Positions 1 through 13,800 of a stretch of 64,000 nucleotides of DNA are shown one piece after another (positions within the stretch are counted from its first letter, which is position 1; each line of letters starts with the position of its first letter). Under the pieces are notes generated by a model. That model saw only the letters and a program-made list of their open reading frames with translations. It was not told the origin of the DNA and searched no databases. The translations under genes were made by a program, and so were the position numbers. The stretch comes from Phoronis australis (lineage: Eukaryota; Animalia; Phoronida): contig NMRA01000616.1 of NCBI GenBank assembly GCA_002633005.1, forward strand, positions 175,378 to 239,377, read 5' to 3'.

Positions 1-679
1 TTTATTAATGAGCAATGTTAACTTAGTGAAGATGAAATAAAAAGCTTCACATATGTCATAATGGTTTTTCTGGACCTTCAAAACATAGGTACAGACACCT
101 TATTTGTCATGTTTGCCTGTAAATTGATAAAGATACGACGAAATTTGGATTTTTCGATAATGGCGGAAGCTAATTAGCATAATTGGGGAATTTCATGAAT
201 TTTATTAGCATGTTCTCCAAACTAAATGATATAATCACACTTAAGCTAAGGTTTTTGTAGCAACAATTTCCTAATTATTCGTGATATATTGTACTCTTGG
301 TCCCAAGCATGTTTGTTATCTTGTTAGTTTGGCGGCCATTTTGTTTATGCAAATTAGATGGTCAAAAACTCAAAATCCAGCTTGGGAACAGGCATAATCG
401 AAATCAGCATACCATAATTATGCTAAAAAGATAGGTTCTCCACTTTTACTAAAAAATGCCTCTAACATGCACATTTTCCAGAAATGCGTCTAGACTATTG
501 GATCATCACGGACGTCCCACAAATCGCAAACCGTATAAATGTATATAAGCAAAAAGTTCCCGCTCCAACTGCCTTACGAGTGTCTTACGTCTGCTGAAAG
601 CTAGCCGTAAGCTCAATGATTTCTCGTGTAATGTTTTTTAAAGATTTATTGCAACAAACTAATAAATGCCATACAAATA

Positions 680-1560
680 TACATCCATTCTATACATTTG
701 CTAGCGTTATAACTGTAGGCCTACTAAATTCCATTTTTATTTCTATATAGTTATTCACAACTAGTGACATCAGCTGTTCAAGGAGTTTTGTTTTGCATTC
801 TACGGACATTTTTGTTACTAAAAGTACACGATTTATACTGTTGTTACGTTCGGTATTGGCAAACAAAATATCACGACAGTTTGAATCATCAATGTTAAGG
901 AAATCATCAGATTTCCCTCCACAACTCTCGTACATATTTGCATTCCACAAATAATTGTAAAATAATATCTCCATGCCGAAACAAAACATTCATAAGCATT
1001 CTCTTGAACTATAATGAACGTTAAAAACAATTTTGTTGTTATAATACGCCGTTCAATTAAGTACTAACGTTGAAACATACAGTAATTTGGACAAATCAAA
1101 ATCATCAACAGAAGCAAGGTTTATATCTCTTACCCACTTCTAAAGGGCACTGTCCACATGCTCATTTGGTGCTACCAAATTTCTAACAAATGTCTTCCTA
1201 AAGTATGAGCACCTCGTTTGAGCACCGACGATATGCAACTACAGTAGAGTCGAAATTGATGAGAATTTTTGTTTTACGTATTTCGACTGGTAAAGAGTAT
1301 CTAACCAAACTCACCGGACTTACTTCACAAACCTGTAATGATCCAAAAACGTACCCTTTGCACCAAAATTTCTTTTAAATGATTGTAAACTCAGAATTGC
1401 TCCAGCATCATTTAGTAAATAGCTCACCGTTCTTTAACTTTATACCACCGTTAAATAAAGTCAAATTTTATGTTCGTATTGAACCACAGGGGCCCATTTG
1501 CTCGAGTAAAGATAATAGGATCATGTGTTTCGCTTGATATACAGTCTGCACATGATGTCC
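680..1560 (-). mobile_element. Decayed L1/Tx1-like non-LTR retrotransposon 3' fragment
   Basis: Broken minus-strand frames give GPLWFNTNIKF (~1470-1500) and IILQLFVECKYVRELWREI (~910-970), resembling the L1/Tx1 ORF2 C-terminal region. Stops and frameshifts present; boundaries approximate. Confidence 0.55.
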
Positions 1561-4449
1561 TACGTTTTTGCGTGTTTCTTGGGTCTACGTTCTGTTACGC
1601 GACAACCTCGCCATGAATTACCAGGGCCGTAGTAAGCGTTCTCCCGTCAGGGTTAAACCGTGGCAACCGGCATATCCGTGGGGCCGGGGGTAGACGAGAA
1701 AGAAAGACGGCGAAACATGGAGAAAAGAAAAAAATTGAATAGAACATTTGTCAACTACCTGGCCATTGTTGTTTGGGGAGGACCTCATTATTTTTTGAAC
1801 CATAGATCGTCTAAGTGCATTTGAAAATGTACTCATAATCATTCATACATGTATTTCGAAAAAGTTTAGAAATTTGTAAAGCACAGCTTTTACAAGCATA
1901 ATAATCCAACGGATTTTTAAATTTCAGAAGACAGTTTTAGGGAATACAAAACTATGCTTCTCCAGGGATCCCACTCTGTCAAGGAATAATGGAGTCATCT
2001 ATCTTTCTCTTTTTCGTCTTCTCTCGAATCGCTAGATAAATATTGAGAACGTGACACAGACCAGCATGAATTGCTGCTCATTTTCCATATTTGAAATTAT
2101 ATATCCTTTCACATTAAGAGGTCCAGCCCTTAATTAGGGGCCTGTTGATGGCATTCATGTGGCCACATTTTCCGTTTTTTATTGATAAGTTAGGGTCCGC
2201 TCGCGGAAAGAGGGCTCAATGATGGAATCGATTGTTTCTATTTTCCTGTGTTTGCGATATCGTACAACCATTTATGTTAAGGAAAGACACTTTTTGCATA
2301 GTCACACCGACGGAATTATTTTCCTTTTTCATGTTAAGAGGACCTCTTTCAGACGGGGTCCTCTCTTGGAAGGGCAGTTAGGGGCAATGGCCGATTACAG
2401 TATGTAAGACTTGATGTAATATAATTATTGAGCACACAGTTCCATGAGGAATCTTCACGTGAAAACAAGTGGGCGGCAGTCGAGACTAGATAACCGATAA
2501 AATTCTGGTAATGACTTGGAAAGTTATAATTCACGAGAAGAAATCATCAAGCAAGTTCATATACATGTACGTGTGGAGTATTTTTCAGTTCTAATCAGCT
2601 ATTTCATGGATCAGCTAGGCGGGTAAACAACTTAATTTGTTTCAAAAGTTCGTAGTAGTGGTTTTCACAAATTGTCTCAGACTTTTATGGCTGACCCTGT
2701 TGAAGCCATGCTAGTGTGGCCAGGTAATCATTCAACTGGTGTCACTATTGTTCCGGCATGAAAGGAAAAAGTAGGTTATACAAAAAGTGTTTCCTGGAGG
2801 GGTCGTTAAGGCGGGGGTCTCGCTCTTATTATTCAGTCAATAATTCCTGGGACCCATTTGCCAAAACTCAAATAATAGAGAGTGGAAAAAGGAGTGGGTT
2901 TATGAGAGTGGCTCGAAAATATTGACAAAAGTCAGTCTCTGGCTTTCAAATTCAGAATTGAGTTAAACATTACTCGCCTAAGACACCACCGATAAATACA
3001 AGTGTACCATTTCCATCCCCAGTTGTTCTTAACGGACGGTGCACCCACTGTAAGTCATCAGGTGTTACACACTGTAAGGGTGTGCATTAAATGGGCCAAC
3101 ATTAACGAATATCGACGTAAGTACCAATTAAACCTACGGAGACGCAGCTAAATGATTATTTTTGGATTTCTCCAAGGTTTTTCATGCTATGTGTTACTCT
3201 CGTTGTATTTGTATTAATGTTTTATCAGTTTGTTTGAAAAGTAACACTTAACTCGTCATCGCATAACTCGCCAGCCAGTCTGAATAAGTCGTCACTTTTT
3301 CTTGATCCACTTTATATCCAAAAGTTCATGACGTACGAGTGAAAGGAGGTCGCTTGTATCATACAAATAATGAAAATCGGTATAGCAAGTAAATGTATGT
3401 GTTTGTCTAGTACCAATTACTACAGACTGAATGTAGCAGCGACATCTACAATTTTTGTCCCTTTTGGCCTACCGTCCCCGTGCGACGAGGAAATAAAATA
3501 GGTTTAGTAAAAGATGTATTTTTCAGCTACACGGGTTATTGAGTAGGAAACAAGGCTACAACTGCCTGTCAAAGTATGAACGCCTTTCTTTCGTATAGAT
3601 GTGAAATATACGGTCTAAATAAATTAAGTTACCTGTGAATACACGTACGTACCTGTAATCCGTATAACACCGTCTTCGAAATAGACGAATTACATTGATT
3701 TCGTCTCGTTGGCTTGGGATTATTCATTCGCTGGCAGTACAGAATTCTCAACATAAAAACCCCTTTGACGATAAAAAATTTCTACAGACTGGTAAAAAAT
3801 CATTCAAACTGCGTAGAATTGGACAATTCTGGAATCCTTCTACTCGCCATTGTCTACAAAGCACTTTTCGTTACATACACTGTACAGCGGCGTTGCTAAA
3901 GTTATTGTCTTCCAGGATATACGATAACGGTTCCCCTTCCTCTGACCGCCACCAATTTAAATGTTGCACCTCACTCCCCGGTCGAAGTTGCTTCTCTTCT
4001 TGAACGGTCCGCCGCCATATATCAGTAGGGATTCCATGAAGTTTACTGGTGCATATTCTGAAATTTTGGTGGTGAATCGTGACAATTTAAAGTCATTCCA
4101 TGGAAACTACACAGAATAACCAAAAACACATTGTTAAAACCAATCAAACCCACTCCACTTAAAATGTTATGAATTATGTCGTTATAACATTGAATTTCCT
4201 TTCGACATCTACTGATGGGGTGTCGCCGTTGATAAATTCGCCTCAATAGGTAGAACGGCTAATCAACTATGTTTGGACTGAAGCCGAGTTGGAGGAACAA
4301 ATGAACTCCAGCGTATAACACTAAACTGCGCTTCATGCCAACACAAGGGTATGTGTGTATATCGTTTATTTCATAAGGTGGTGTTGCCCTCTGGCCCATA
4401 ACACACGTATAACACAAACAGTTAACAACGCGGTGACAAATCACACGTA

Positions 4450-7300
4450 GAATATAAGTTGTTTACAATAAAGTTGTCAAGCAACTTTGATGCTCGTGTG
4501 AAACGTCTGCAATAAAAACAAGCCAATATCTTGAATGAGAGATTCATTTTGTGAAGACATAAGATTAATGAAAATCCATTCACACGAATTGTGATAAAAA
4601 TGCTCTGGTATAAACCTTAACCTTTTCCTAATGTCATTGTTTAAATGTACAAATAAATAACATGTGAAATTGATTTTCAATTTTATGTTTACCTCAGTTA
4701 AAACAGAAAATACACAAACACTCCTCTCTCGGGATATTAACAAGTCTTCCTTGTTCTATCTGAAGACAATGACACGAACATCCACAGCGGGCAAAAATTG
4801 TCTTAAGATGTTTGTCCTTGATGAGAACAAATACTTTTCCGGATCCAACAAGGTTCAAAATTCCATGTAGAGCTCAAGCTAGTTATTGCATGTTATGTTC
4901 TCATGCCGGTGTGTATAGCACAGTCACTTATGTTTTCTGGATAAACTGGGATAACAAAATCTCCATATTTCCAACATCTTGACAAATCCAAACAAAACCA
5001 AATCCTTGCGTGAATAGAATTTTTTTACCTTCGTACATCACGTGTTGCGACCAAATTCAACAAGTTGACGCACACCATTACACGCTGATTTTCAGCAGCT
5101 TTATCCAAAATTTGATTAGTTTTGTCAGACGCATACAGAGACAAGAAGTTTCCCCAAACTCACCGAGGACTACAGCATTGCTCACGGAAGACTGGACTTT
5201 AAGCAAACACTTGAAATATTTTATCAGGACAGGTTCTATACAATTTTTGATATCAAAACCCAAACTTCTAAACCATATTTTATGATAGGTAAATTCATTT
5301 TTTCAAATAATTTCAAGGCAATGCTGGTTGATAGACTGTTGCATTTCCCTGAAGCTGATTTTATTAAGACCACTAATTTCAGTCGGTGCTTGTGATGATA
5401 TAGTTTGCCTGAGCAAGAGTCCAAACTCATCTTTGCTTAAACATAAGTGCTAAATATGTAAAACATTAGCACCAAAATACCACTTTCGTAGCTTCTTAGT
5501 TTCCTTCCATTGCGTAAAACCTTTACCCGTGTCTTTCTGAGATTTAATTTTGACACTCACCTCTTACAATAATCTGACAATAGATGTAGCTGCTGTTGTA
5601 CTCTATGCGCTGTGCTTGCACAGTTTGCCAAATCGGCAGTGTAAAATTAAGTCATAACATTACGAAATTCTCAGAAAAAGTTTACAACCTGGCAATTGCT
5701 TTTACAATTCACTTTAACACATTTTTAATTGTTCTTGTATTTAAAAATACATTATAAATAACAATGGACTACGCAAGCTTTTGTTTTTTCATACACAAAA
5801 AGTAACACATTGGTACATATTGCAGCAACAAACTCCATTTAAGCAACCGCTGGTTCTTATCATCCATCTTGTGCAAGAAGGTCAGAGGATTGTAGTCAGT
5901 ATATACACTAATTGGCCACATCACTGATGATAAAAATTCATATCAAAATGTTACGACATCAATAAAGCCATACACTCCTTTTCAATAGTTGAGTACTTCA
6001 TTTGATGACTTATCGAACTTCTTTGAAAAGTAAGCAAGTCTTCCTGGAAATACGTTGCATATACTGGATACTTCTTTGGTGGTAGGTATGTGACAACAAA
6101 CATTACGTCGATGTTCCAAAGGAAGTAATAAATTATCAAGCAAAGTCACACCGGAAATGTAAAGCTGCATTTAATTGTCCGAATGCCTATTCTTAAAGAC
6201 ATGTTAACAGCTACTATGATGCCTCATGGTGCACGTCCATATTTGCTGGTTCTCCGATAAGGCAGATGCAAACAAGTGTAATCAGTAAATAGGTGCGAGG
6301 AATCATAATCTGCTTTGGTCTAAGTCTCACACAATACACAAATATAATAAGAATTTATAAGTTTCATGAATTCATAGTTATTCGCTTTGTTTTTCATTCC
6401 TTCAATGTTCTAAGAAAATGCTGATAACTCATGTGTCTCAAGTTCACGGCATTCAAAATTTTCTTGGCCTTGGCCACATCCCTATAACGGACGGGATAGG
6501 AAATACGCCGCATTTGTATTAATACTTTTCAGATTACGATATGGTGACACATTGATCCAATCGTTGTACAGGCTGAACAGCTTGAGAAAATCATGTTCGT
6601 CAGTCACAAATTCGTCTTTCTCTATAATCAACTTGTCATAACTGATGTACTTGTACAAGCGTTTAGTATGTTTCTGCCGAGCGTCATGTATGGCCGGTAA
6701 ATGTTGCTTCCTGGTGTTTCTTACGCGGGTAGTAAAGAATTCAGAAATGCCAGATCCTCGCACATTCTATACACTCCTCATGACAAGCTATCGGTTAATT
6801 AGGACACCGAGAATTCAATAGATGCACGCGGTCGAGCTAAACGTCATTCCTACAGTATCTACATTTGTATATTCAGTTTATAGCTCAGCACTTTCCTTAC
6901 CTTACGTTCGCAATCATTCCAGGTTTCACTTGCTCCTTCGGATTGACTAACGCCTTGTATAATGATATTGTCGCGTCGGCTTTGTGCTCCGAGATTATTT
7001 CTGTAATTTCAAGGTACCCCTCTCAGTTTTTGAGCACTTCATTTATTTCTGACTGTTTCATGTGCGTCCAACAGGTGCGAAATTCTTGAAATTTTCCATT
7101 TCGTTTCATTGCCAGCTGCGATTTGAACTCAACAAGTGTAGCCAGAATAGTGTCCAAAGTGGTGTTTTTCCTGTCTGTGTAGTCCCACCTGTGGCGCCCA
7201 TCGTTACTGGGTTTAACGTGTTCGTTTGTCAAACTCGGAAGATCTCTCGAACTCAAAATGCTCGGATAAGAACCATTTTTCTCATTGTGTACCCATGCAT
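4450..7300 (-). mobile_element. Decayed, internally deleted APE-type LINE (RTEX/L2-group-like)
   Basis: Minus strand shows an APE start S*NIEGMKNK...ICVLCET (~6320-6420), a post-RT region PIIKYGLEVW/GFD...LLKVQSSVSNAVVLGEFG (~5150-5300), and a C-terminal CHCLQIEQGRLVNIPREE..C motif (~4650-4790). Clade and boundaries uncertain. Confidence 0.65.
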
Positions 7301-7698
7301 TTTAGTGAATTACTGAAGTATACGCTCGGGTTGTATTACGGGCTCCTTGTTAGTCCTTTCTATAGGGTCCACATGCATCATGATAGCTGATAGATAAGTC
7401 AACAACAACACAGTGTTGGCCTTCGATAGCCTACATCCTGGTAAGGCCGGCTTCAGTTTTTGATGTTTCGCAGTAGAATTTTAAAGTTCAGAATATGAAA
7501 GTCTGTGGGACGACTGTAATTCCAAACTTATGAGAGGATTTTGAGGAATCTAGACTGTTCCATTCAACAGCACTTGCATATCAAAGAAAATTGCTGCAAA
7601 TATACACAAGTACGTTGTAGTTATACAGTAATTGTTCAATCACCTGTTTGCCTCTGTATTCACCACTTGAGACTTTGATTATGCACTTCCTGTTGCAG

Positions 7699-7888
7699 AT
7701 GTCTACAACGAATTACAACCAGTTTGAGAATAGTGAAGTAAGCTATACATGTAGCAATTCCAAGGCCTGCAGCAACCGCACAACTCTTGAAAAGGTGTTG
7801 ATATTTTGCGTGGTCATAGGACTCGCTACCATAACTGTTTTGGCGGTTTTTGTTAGGCATGGTGGCGCTAAACAGTCCCATCAGGGTG
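7699..7888 (+). CDS. M13 gene A exon 1 (cytoplasmic tail + TM anchor)
   Basis: ttgcag|ATG; MSTTNYNQF...[22 protein letters not shown]; gtgagt donor, phase 1. The acceptor before the ATG implies an unidentified upstream exon. Confidence 0.75.
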
Positions 7889-10800
7889 GTGAGTATTAAA
7901 TATGTTGATAATTTCGCGTCGTGTTACTATACGAAGTGGGTCGCTGCATCTTACCTAAAAGAAACATTTCAAAAAGGATGAAGCTATATTCGAAGTTTGT
8001 GGAGTAGTTCCTGGTCACAGAATAATTGATAACTTCAGGTGGTTTCTAAAATCGTCGGGTAAAATTACTAGCTTCAACTCACCTAATTATAAAAACTGTA
8101 TAATTTTGAAATAACAAAGCGTACTTTTGGATGTTAGTTCGCCGGAGTAACTCTTCGTGTGCCTCTCAACTACTTTAAGCATGAGCGTAATCCAGTTTCA
8201 GTGTTGACATCCCTATATTAGCCATCCGTGCTCACAACCGAGACTGCGGGCGCCGGTGACAGCATAGACTATAGTACATGTTGTCTATAATCTATGGTGA
8301 CAGTCAGTTCATGTCTACTTCGATGCAAGCGTGGACTTTTTCGTCAAGCACGTTACTCTGTGCGTCTAAGTTGTGACAAATGTTGTTTGTTAGCACGCTA
8401 GCCCCTTGTCTTTAAGTTTCTTGAGAAACTATTTCTCTAATCGGGCTCAGTATGTTCAAATTAACAACACAAATCTAACACAGTTCCAATTCTACGAGGT
8501 GTCCCACAGGGGTCTATATTGGGTCCGTTATTATTCATCATTTATATGAATGATTTTGTGAAGTGCACAAGTTTCTTTGACTGCATACTCTATGCTGATG
8601 ATACTACTATTATTAATGGTATTCATAGCACGTTGTCTGTTAATGAGTCACGCATATTTTGTGCGGAGCTGGAGAAAATTCAGTCTTGGTTAAACGTAAA
8701 TGGACTGGTTTTAAACGCAACTAAAACAAAATTCATGGTTTTTCATAAACCCCCAAAACGTATTGATGATTTTTATTTAAAGTTTAATAATTTGGAAATT
8801 GAAAGAGTTCGCTCTTTCAATTTACTTGGTGTTACCATCAACGAAAACTTGTTATGGAGTCCACACATGAACAATTTGTTGAGAAAGATAAGCAGATTCT
8901 GTGGTGTTCTTAATAACCTAAAACATTTCTTGCCCTTTGAAACTTTGAAAACTATATATAATGGCCTTGTCCTTCCTCATTTTAATTATGGCATTCTGCT
9001 ATGGGGGTGTGAACATCATAGAATATTTAAATTACAGAAAAAGGTTATTCGCAATATTACCTCTAGTCATTTTAATGCCCATACAGATCCTTTATTTAAG
9101 ACTACACAGTTACTCAAAATAAAGGACTTGTATGTTGTTGCTATCATTAAATTTTTCTACAAATATGTTCATACTTACTTACCTTCATTTTTAACACGTT
9201 CAATTTAATAACTCGTGGGTCTGTTCATGAACATTACACTAGGCAACGACATCTTTTACATACTCCCCGTTGTACTAAATCATTTGTTGAAGATTCAGTT
9301 CGAAATGCCCTACCTCATACATATGTATCATTAATAACCTTCCTGAAAGTGTCTCCCAAAAACTTTTTACCCATTCGTTATCCTCTGTTATAAATTATTT
9401 TAAGAATGTTTGTTTTGAAAATTATGAACTTGAGTGCACTATTCCCAACTGCTTTGTATGTAACTATTTTCGATAATCTCTCCCAGTCTTTACACAAGTA
9501 GTTTTAAAGTACATCATCACCTAATTTTTGTAGTTCTGCTTATCTGTAACGCTGTATTTGTTCTTTCTTATTCTCTGGTGGCTCTGTGGTCAGCGGACCT
9601 CTCGGATCCTTCACGGAGTCTCCATAAGCGTAAATCTGTATCAACTGTATTTTTTTTTGGTTTTTGACTTAAAGTGAATAAAGTGTATTACTACTACTAC
9701 GCATTTCCCGTTTGATTCACATGAAATTTACAAAGGTTTCCATCATTTTAGTATCTCAAAGGATATTGTTTTTCCCTCATGATCAAATCAGCTGACGTAG
9801 CTGCCATTTTGTTTTAAAAATTACACTTGAAAGCTTCTAGCACCCGCGATTTATATTGCTTTCAAAACATGCAATAATATGTAACCGTGTGTGAGTTTTC
9901 GTTATGCAAAATCCCAATGGCATCCGCTAAAATATGGCAGGTACAGCGGCCTCTTTGTTGAGACACCCTGATTTTTGCTGAAAATTTTTCTTCAGCAAAG
10001 GTCGCAATATGGAGGAAGGATTCTGTATTTCTTAAAAGATACATGAAATCTTAACCTAAGAGCGCCCACTGACGTTCCCAAGAGATCGAAGTTTACTCGC
10101 GTAAGTTGCAATGCCTCGCATTACTGTTGCAAAAATTTCTCATTTACGGACAAGTGTTACGTTTTTTCCCGTGTGTGGGTGGGTGCAGGTGGTTACCGAC
10201 CGGTGCCAATAGCTTTCGGTGAGAAGATAGACTGAAGACTGGTTCGAATTAATCACTTTATTAATCTCAACCCGTACGTTCACAGGCCTACACGAACAAA
10301 ACGTCCGACGTAATACCTGTTTTCTGCTCCATCCAGTGCTGCAACGCCTTGACTTGTGATGAACTTTTGAAACACTTTCACCACATCTTACACTCGTTCA
10401 TTCCATAACCTGTTGTCTCTACAGCTGGCTCCCTATTGACTATCGCTGTAACTACTGAATCTCTTCACCGCAACTCTCTCCAATTCAAGCACATTCTATA
10501 ACTTTGCGGAATCTACCCAATCATTCTACAATTGAAACATATAATATACTCTAGAATGTTCCAGATTACATTAATCGCTTACATGCTATAATTTTCTAGA
10601 ATGTTCCACACTATTCTTTGGTTAACAAATTGCATCATCGCTGTCTTGACCTCAGGTGTCATGCCAATCAACAACTATCTGCTAGAACACAAAAAGAACA
10701 ATAGAAAAGAGCAAGAACAGTACCAATTCACTCCTGACAACACAACCCTACCGTAGAGAAAATTACTCTTTTAGTTTTCTAACTCATAATCATCTGGCGC

Positions 10801-13800
10801 AGATGTATAATCTTCTGCTTCTGTGTCCTTCTATCAGATTCTCCCTGACTTGGCTCTGCTAGTCGACTTTAGTAGTCTGCACCCACATTAGATTTTCTCG
10901 GGATATCTTCCAAATGAAATTTATAGTTCTGCAGCACTATTGCCCATCGCATAACTCTGGCTTTCAATCTTACGACGTTGAATGTATACCGATGGCTTTG
11001 GTCTGTCTGCGCCGCGTCGCGTAGAGATAAAACTGGAAGCGTTTAACGGCGAACGCCATCACCAAATACTGTTCTGTGAAGTAATGCAGCTGGCTCTCTT
11101 CAAGCTGCCGGCTGGTGTACACAATAGGGAATGTCTCATTATCAAACTCCTTCCGTAAGAGTGCCCCTAAAACATCGTTTGATGCATCCGTCCTAACAAT
11201 GAATATCTGGGTGAAATCTGCTTATCAGAAGAAGCACCTTCCCTCTGTGAGGTCATTTTTTTGTAGTCGACTGTCTAACTAACATGTCTCTCAACTCGGT
11301 AAGGTCTTTATCACAGACGGACATGTCGATCCACCTGTCTAGGTAGCGCTGTACGGGGTCATAAACTGGTAAGCTCTCTCCCCTCTTATCCCTCGATTCC
11401 CGAAACTGCCTGCAAACCCCCCTCCTCCGTCAGTTCAAACCGCTTCAGCAAGGCTCTTTTGAGTGTGGCATAGTCCAGTGCATCAGCCATCGGGATGCTG
11501 GTGTAAAACTTCAGACCCTTGCTTGTCAACCGGGCATTGAGACTAATTGCATATTTACTCTGTGTCGAACCCTGGCTCTCTAGGTATCTTTCAAACCTTT
11601 CCGAAAAGTTGTCCATATCTTCTTGTTTTCGTCAAACGTGGGCATCTTCGGCGTTATGTCACAAGTTATCCTAACAGGGTTACCCTCAGCTGCAACCTGT
11701 TCAGCTTTCGGTGCTGCACGTGCTCTCTCGTGTTCCATTTTTTCTCTCTCATCTGCTGTTCGGCTTTGCGGGCTTGCATCCTCTCCTCGGCCTCAGCCTC
11801 TCGAGCTTGCGTTCTCTCTTCAGCCTCACGAGATCGCATTCTCTCCTCAGCCTAAGTCTCTCGCGCTTGCCTTCTCTCCTCGGTCTAGCTTCTTGCGCTT
11901 AGTCTAAACAGGAGCCTCAGCTTGTTGTTTCTCTACAAAATGTCTAAGGTTGTCTCCCTGCAGACCCATTTTTGTCCGAGGGCCATCAACTCCCTTAGTT
12001 GAGATCTTGTCTCCATAGTGAGTCGCTAACTGCAACAGTCCTCTTTATCACACCTTGTTACCATCAGTAAACTCCTGGCGTGCTCGCCAATTGTCACGTT
12101 TTCACCATGCGTGGGTGGGTGCAAGTGGTTACCGCCCGGTGCTAATAGCTTTCGGTGCGACGATAGACTGAAGGCAGCATGATTCAAGTAATCGCTTTAT
12201 TAATCTCGACTACTTTCACAACCCTACTCAAACAAAGTAACCGATTAATGTTTGTTCTATGCTTCAGTCAGTGCTACGAAGACGTGACTTGTGATGAGCT
12301 TTTGAAACACTCTCAACACCTTTTTACACTTGTTGATTCAGTAACCTGCTGTCTCAAAAGCTGGCTATCTATTGACTATCGCTGTAACTATTGATTCATT
12401 CTCTTCACCGCAACTTTCTTGTAACTAAGTTTCAATAGTCATAAACCTGTGCTTGGGTATTTATATTCTCATGCAATGACCTTGAACTTTTTACCTGTTC
12501 AAGCACATTCTAGAACTTTCCGGAATCTACCTAATCATTATACAAACATATACTCGGCTCTAGAATGTTCCAGACTGAATTAATCACTCACTAGAATGTT
12601 CCACAGTATTCTTTGGTAATCAAATTACATCATCGCTGTCCTGACCTCAGGGGTCATGCCAATCAATAAACTATCTGCTAGAACACACACATAGAACAGC
12701 AGAAAAAAATACTTAAACTAAGAACAGTGCCAGTTTACTCCTGACAACAAGTTAAAACATTTTCTGGAGAATATTCGCAAAGCCGTTGCAACTGCCTTAA
12801 ACTGATTCGAATAATCCGTCACAGTTTATTTATGGGAGATGTTGGCGAAATGTGAAACTAAATGATAACGCAACTAAATTGAAAATAAAAGATTCGCTAT
12901 TTTGCTACTCAAGATAACCCGCAAATGTCGTTTGACGGCCGTGCGACGTTTACCTTACATAGATCAGTCCCGCGATTCTGCGTAAGATGACTCATTGATT
13001 CTCAAATAATTTCGCCACTATGTTGCTCAAGCTTTTTGGTAAAACTTGGTTCAAAATGTGATGGACATATGTATGTCACTCACACCGACTGACAAAATGG
13101 AGGAACTAGCGTGAAAAATTTCCCGATCACAATATTGAAAGGAATTCAAAACGTGCGACGACTGAAGTAGTGACGAGCCACGATTTTGGTTGATTTTCAC
13201 GATCATTAAAAGTTGGAAGTCTAATAATAGAAACGTTGTGTCAATTGAGTTGAATGTACCAACACGCACATATAACCATTTACGATGTTATCGAAAATCT
13301 GATAAGAAGGTTTTTCCCAAGGGGGCCCCTGTGTACTGCTTGGCGTGACTCTGCATGTGCTGATTTTTAATCAGCAAAATCAAAGCTGATGCGAACATAT
13401 GAAGTGCATGTATGGCTAATCTGATAAAATTGCCACGAAGCATCTCAGTCAAAATGTATGTCGCAAACGGCGAACTCGAGGTTGTCGACTATTCGTCAAG
13501 ATGGGCACCGACTGTGACTCATGTCATGACGAGAAACTTCACACACCGGTCAATACGCAAATTTACCATTTACATGTACAATGGGAACACACGGCTGACA
13601 AACTTTCAAACTGTAAAATAAATTCAAAATATTTTTTTAAAAACTTAGAGTCGATTTCGAGCAGTTGACAGATTGTTTTCTTGAAATTTAAAACTAACAG
13701 AAAAATGCGCTGACATCAACAGAAACTCCAAATATTTACAAACAAACTGTAAAAATAAATATACCTACAGAGGTGGTTGAATTCTGTTTCAGTGGCAGAG

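Noticed and set aside
1-497. Possible right end of a DNA transposon (ends ...gcgtctagacta)
   Set aside because: The partner terminus lies outside the window, so the family cannot be supported.
3650-4020. Minus-strand ATGGCGGCG start and a downstream donor suggesting a divergent first exon
   Set aside because: An early in-frame stop and several further stops occur, with no recognisable protein.
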